NCBI GenBank assembly: GCA_011109175.1
Contig: RDEW01000048.1
Location: 147,445-211,444 of the forward strand
Origin: Dicyema japonicum
Taxonomy: Eukaryota > Animalia > Dicyemida
Reading direction: 5' to 3'
DNA: 64,000 nt
How positions within the stretch are numbered: position 1 is the stretch's first letter; the number at the start of each line of letters is the position of its first letter. Positions 58,463 through 64,000 of this stretch are shown here, piece by piece. The notes under the pieces were generated by a model. It was not told the DNA's origin and ran no database searches. It saw nothing but the letters and a program-made list of their open reading frames with translations. The translations under genes were made by a program, and so were the position numbers.

Positions 58463-60253
58463 TTATTTAAAGATAAAATTATCGTTTTGGTATTCGGATA
58501 TATCATCATCACTAAATATTTTGTCTTTGTTTTTCAAAAATGGTTGTTTTTCGCTAAAATAAAATCCAAAGCTACCATTTCATTTCGAAACAATTAAATC
58601 CGTCATGTGACTGCGGCTGCTGATCCATCACTAAAATTAATTTTAATAAAATACAGCTATAACTTTCCCCCATCTTCCTAATGCAGATTTTAACCGCCCA
58701 GCAAATTGAAATGATAATCAATAATACAATGAGAAATATCGCAATTATCCTTCCAGATCTGTTAGTTTCATCTAAATATCCAAATAGTGGGCAACTCGTA
58801 TTTTTTACTTCAATAGGAGGGGACTTGATTCTCCCAAAAACGTGGCTCTCCAATATACAGTAGTAGATTCCCGCCATGCTATCAAGATTATTGACATTTT
58901 GTGTCGAAATTTTCATAGTTCTGCTATTACACCTAATTGTACCTCTTAATATTCCCAGTCATTGGGGATACTTTGTATATATCAGAGGAAGTGATTATTT
59001 TGTCTTCACGGTAGAAGTTAAGGTCGCTAAGATTTGTTAGAATTGGATCGATGGGAACGATACATTCTAAAGTTGTGGATTGATTAGGCTTGAGAAAGGC
59101 GGTGTTTGGAGAATGGAGAATCAGCGACGGCACTTAAATATAAATTTGAATAAACTCTCAACAACGATCATTCTGGAAGAGGATGTAGCAGTTATATTGC
59201 TGGAATTGAAGATAAAATAAGCGAAGCACTGAATTGAGGCTGATTCTGTAACATTTCTGAGCAAAATTTGGCTGAAATTATCCCCTAAAAATAAGTACAT
59301 AAAATTACATTCATGCATGATTTCCCCGTTAATAGTCCAATGAAGACCCTTTTTTCTCGACTCCCAATTCGATATCCCAATTGATGTCGTAAACCAGCAA
59401 GATCCCCCACTAAGGACCACACAGTCTTTCATGTCATCATCAATCACAAGGGATTCAATGTAATCAAAAAGAGCACTTCGATCCCCAACACTGCAGTTCC
59501 AACGTCCCGGAGTTAGATCTTGGTCAAACTCTAGCAACCGTTATCATTGCTTAAACCACGTGTGGTGTTTGTCCCCATTTTATGATAACTTATTTCTTTT
59601 GATCCAACGCCAGAAAAGAAACATTGAAATAATTTTGAGTGTGATATTCTCGCTGTAAGACCAGGCGGGGGATATTGCATGGGTGGAGAAGTAGTTGAGG
59701 ATTGATTCGTCAAAAATATTCTAATTTTGTTCCCATCAATGCTTGAACAGTTTATATGCGCATTTGAGCACTTTATTGTTACTCCGTCAAAGAATAGAAT
59801 ATCTATTTTCAATCAAAGGGGGATACCCGGGGAGTAATAATCATAGTCAAATGAGCAGCACTCGGATTTACAGGAGCTTGGGACCGCTTTAATTTCCAAT
59901 TTTAGGCAACCATCTCTTGGGACGTCCAAATTATAAACCACGGGTTTCTTATCTAAATATTAGAATATTATAAAATGACCACTATCAGAGAAACGTTGGG
60001 AGATCGGTCGAAGAGGGCCTTTAATGCAGCTGCAGTCGTTTGTGGCGACACAGTATTCGTTGTTAACCCAGTAAATTCTAAAAAATTCATGAATTGATCA
60101 CTGAGCTGGCGACTGGTCGACATCGCATATGAAAGGATCGATGTATGAAAAGGATGGCCAGACAAGGACAGGTGGAACAAATTTGAGAGGAATACAACGG
60201 TGATTAAAATCGCTGGTTATGAGGAAAAGTAGATTAAAAAGAACATATAACAT
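58463..60253 (-). CDS. Immunoglobulin-superfamily type I membrane protein, divergent
   Basis: Signal-like MLYVLFNLLFLITS; Ig-like strands STTLECIV and DSMAGIYYCIL; further Cys/Trp-bearing exons (LHWTING, ASIQCFA); TM IIAIFLIVLLIIISICWAV; short acidic tail. Micro-introns separate the ORF-track pieces. Confidence 0.6.
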
Positions 60254-61949
60254 TGATAAGAAAATAGGTCGGTTATGAACTATTATATTTCTAAAAATTC
60301 TAGGCTAATTTATTTATTATTAAAAATAATAAAGTTTGATAAAACGAATTTTTAAAATAATAAAAAATAGATTAAATCTGGCTGTCATTTAAAAACTTTT
60401 AACAACTGACAGATCTCTGGAAGGCCTTGACATTCTTGTTAGCCACCGGTTTCCTTCACGAACAGTTTATCGAAAAAGCAAAGGGTAAATAGATTAATTC
60501 AACGAACAATTTATTTATATTGCCCACATTCTGAGTCAAAAGTGATCCCAAACCGACAAGGTGGAGGTCGATGCTTGCCAGTACGGGCATATGTACTGTT
60601 TTTCTAATTAAGCCAGGTTTCATATTTTGGGGGTTTCAATGAATCTGAGAAGGCTTATGTAGAGGTGCCTATTTGGAAGGTTGGTTGTACTTAGAATTTT
60701 TGTCTTAGATTCAGAAGTACTTCAAGAGTCATAAACTCGGAATTAAAACCGATGACTCAAGCGGATTCCTATAATTTTTCTAATTTACAAACACGTGGTT
60801 TCTTCTCTTAAAGGAAATATCAAGGAGCTCCTTTTTTTCTTCATCAATAGCCATATCAATCAGTTTTCTACTTTAAAATTATGCCAATTTTAACAAAATT
60901 ATGTTAAACAATCTTAAAATTGTGTTAAACAATAAATCCGATGGCCTTCGGTAGCCGCCTTGACTGCGTGGCTATTCCCTCTCAGGACTACGAACGAGAT
61001 TCGGTCAAATACCCAACAGCACTCGTGGAGATCTCCAACATGACGGTTTTTTTAGAAAAAGTGACCAATATGGTGGATTGGAGAGGTTTTGGTTTAATAG
61101 ACAATCTGTTGATTTAATAATTCTCGCTTTTCCAAAACATTAGGAAACGCCATTTTTTAATATTTAATCTATAAGAAAATTTTTTTCCATTTGAGAGAAA
61201 TATTCTCTGTTTATCTAGTATTTATTGATTTCTGTGGTCTTTTATCGATATTCCACATTTCTTGATAAATTTTTTTTATATAGAAAATCTACCAGCTACT
61301 GGTTAGTTGTTGTGATATTTGTAATGGTGACGTACCCCTATTCCACGAAATTTCTTCATCTCTTCAAGAATGATGGGACCTCTTATTTTACTTTTTTTTA
61401 TTTGGACGGAATGATGGACTGGGAGACATTTAATGTGCAAAGATTCGGAATGAGATATCGTAGAATACACTATTTTAGAGTTCGAACCCGTCTAGTACAA
61501 AATTTAGAAGATTTTTGACAGTTTTACTTAGAGGAGGAACAAGGAAATTATTAATTGCCAAACGCTCTTAATAGTAGCATAAAGTGTAGTTAGTTTGCTC
61601 ATCGCAAGTTATAGTCTTCCCCGTCATCAGTGAACATTTCACTGCGGAACCAGACTTGGATTAGTCAGCATGACTGTTCTTACTTCTTAATTATAAATTT
61701 TTATTAGCATAAAATTAATTAGTTCAATAACTAACTAATTTTTGGGACTAACTCATTGATTTTTAGGACAAGGTCTCCATTACAATATGGAGCAATTGAA
61801 GCTACCCATCATGATCGCGAGCCCAATGTTATAGAAAAGCCATTGTGTCATTCTAGGGTTTCTCTTCCGCAATCTCGCCAGCCGCCTAATTAACCTGATT
61901 AACTCAGACGTACTCTACCCAAGAACAGCAAACGTCTCAACTGAGCTCA

Positions 61950-62400
61950 GCTGGAATACGAACAGATCCCCAATGGTAATCGTAAATATACCATAGACAA
62001 ATCTGTATTTCAAAAATCCCCCCAAAGAAAATAAAAATCTCCCTCGTTGAAAAACACTGATTTATACAACTCCGACAAGTAATTGGAATTCGTTGGAAAA
62101 AATAAATTACCAATTCAAAACTATAAATTACCAAAAAAATCTGATATCAAAGTGGCAAGATGGACATTATTTAGTCACATTCTACGGTTGGACGTTGATG
62201 GTTCTGAAAATGATGTCATTTATGCGTACTTCAATTTCTATAGAATCGATGGCTTCAGTGGAAGACCGACAACTACCTTACCCATAGTTCCGAGTAAGGA
62301 GAATACGAAGTGGCTCTTAGTCTGAAAACGATCTAGACATACTAAAATCCAAGCAAAAAACAAAAACACTGGTTATTATTTCCTCCGGAGTATTGGGTCA
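61950..62400 (+). mobile_element. RTE-like LINE 3' fragment
   Basis: RWTLFSHILRLD..YFNFYRIDGFSGRPTTTLP parallels 25720-25850. Confidence 0.65.
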
Positions 62401-63239
62401 ATAAACTCTAATTAATTATAGTTTTTTCCACGTGCTATTAATAATAATAAAAGTATTCGAGAATTCCCAACTGAGAGCAAAAATGTTTTGTTCGAGTCAC
62501 TTTGAGCTATCGAACAGCATTTTTGTTATTTTATTCAATTAAAATTTTAAGAAATGGTGAAAATAGTCTTCTGAATGTAAATTCAAACTGAAGAGGTCGA
62601 TAGAGCAGTCAAAGATTTAATACATTGGATTATTCATCCAAGTTCGTGATATTTATCACTCAAAAAGTGCTCAAATCGACATTTTCTCTATATTATTTAC
62701 TATTGGATGAAACATGTTGACATTTGTACTTCATTTACTAAACGACAATGTTTCATTATTATATCCCCGAGGAATGCATAAAGACTTGCATATCAAGTAG
62801 ATTAATCAATGAAAGATTGTCTAAAGAATTCACTGAACGTCCTGAGCTGAGAAAATAATCGAAGACTTGAATCCATGGGACAGTAAGGATAATTGTGTTC
62901 TTGCCAAAAAGAATATGTTGAAAAAAAACCTCAATAAACAGTAAACCCTCAATAATCCGAACAAAAAATTGGGTGCTTTCGGATTGTGAAGGTTTAATTC
63001 TCAACTTACAATTAAAAAATTTACAAATTAAAAAAATTTCCATATTAATGAAGAGCTGATTTAGAGAAACAGGCGGAATTCGAAAAATTGTCCATAGGGA
63101 ATGCTAAATATTCTTTATATTGCCAAAAAGTTAGGCAAACTGAATCCGTAGTACAATTTCAATAAACATAGAGTGTACTATACATAAATTTGAAAAGTAC
63201 CTTCGGCGCATTTTTCTTTCTGTAACAACGCAATATCCC

Positions 63240-63950
63240 TAAGCGTGTATGGATATCCTTTTACCATACGATGGATAGCGCTTACATATATAGCCATTCC
63301 AGAGGAGGCCGCCTACCTTCTCCCCTGTAGTACCTTCTCCGTAGTTTTTTGATACAGGGGCATCTTGAATGCCTCGCCCTGTGTCCTTCCTCGCCACAGT
63401 TAAAGCACTTAAAAGACCTGACCTTTGATTGGCAGGCCTTCCGCTAATTTGGACCCCCGCAATTCTCTTTATAAGTGCATCGAGCTGGTGTGGCAAAATC
63501 CTTGGCAGCTATAGCACTGGATTGTTGTTGTTCGCTCTAGGGCCACATCGAACCTAGTAACCAATGCGTACTTTCTCGAGGCAGATTCTCTCTGCCTCTG
63601 CTCCAGAGCGAAGCCAGACCTTCATGGTCCGGAGTCTACTCCCCCCGCTTGTGGAGTCCTTTTTGATGTGTTCGACTACATTATCATTTACGAAGTCCAG
63701 AGGGACTCCGAAGACTAGAACTTTTGAATCCGAAGCCTTAGGAATGATCTGTGATATGCTATGTGCCCCGGGCACATAAGGTACCTTAGTATTGACCTCA
63801 GCTGAAGCGTCATCCTAATTCCTGAATCCTAGCAACAAATGGGATCTTCCACATTTGATAACTCTTCCTTTGGCATAGGTAGCCAGAGTACATATGCCAC
63901 ACAGGAGCTTAACGACTCCCACCTTCGGCACCTCTAACCAACTAGTTTAG
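63240..63950 (-). mobile_element. Possible LINE ORF1/gag-like remnant
   Basis: Decayed Cys/His-bearing peptides and KVLVFGVPLD..EHIKK..KVWL..ERICLEKVRIGY resemble LINE ORF1 RRM/zinc-knuckle regions; weak. Confidence 0.3.
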
Positions 63951-64000
63951 TCAATCCCACTCCAACCAAATTTCAACTTTTCTGTCTTTCCTTTAAGGAA

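Overview
AT-rich eukaryotic (almost certainly animal) genomic DNA with compact genes broken by very short GT-AG introns, mostly 22-28 nt. That architecture is known from reduced metazoan parasites such as dicyemids; the taxon cannot be fixed from this window. Host genes rebuilt by hand across the micro-introns: 3' part of a KIF13B-like kinesin-3 (CAP-Gly), a C-type-lectin-domain membrane protein, Pumilio, an SLC44/CTL choline transporter-like protein, a C1GALT1-like galactosyltransferase, SGTA, an SLC5A7-like choline transporter, a MEK1/2-type MAP2K, a WD40 protein and an Ig-superfamily membrane protein. Intergenic DNA is dense with mobile-element debris: one near-complete R4/Dong-clade non-LTR retrotransposon (RT, CCHC, restriction-like endonuclease), fragments of R4, CRE-like, RTE-like and Jockey/I-like LINEs, hAT remnants, MITEs, a foldback-like TA-flanked element and a tRNA-derived SINE. 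The most unusual signal is a set of short interspersed elements (about 200-310 bp) sharing a 3' signature (CACTTAATTAGTT...CCGGGG-TTAATAAA). Three of these families carry a pseudoknot with HDV-ribozyme-like helix order, some compensatory changes and a non-canonical core. All alignments and folds were done by eye; no searches were run.
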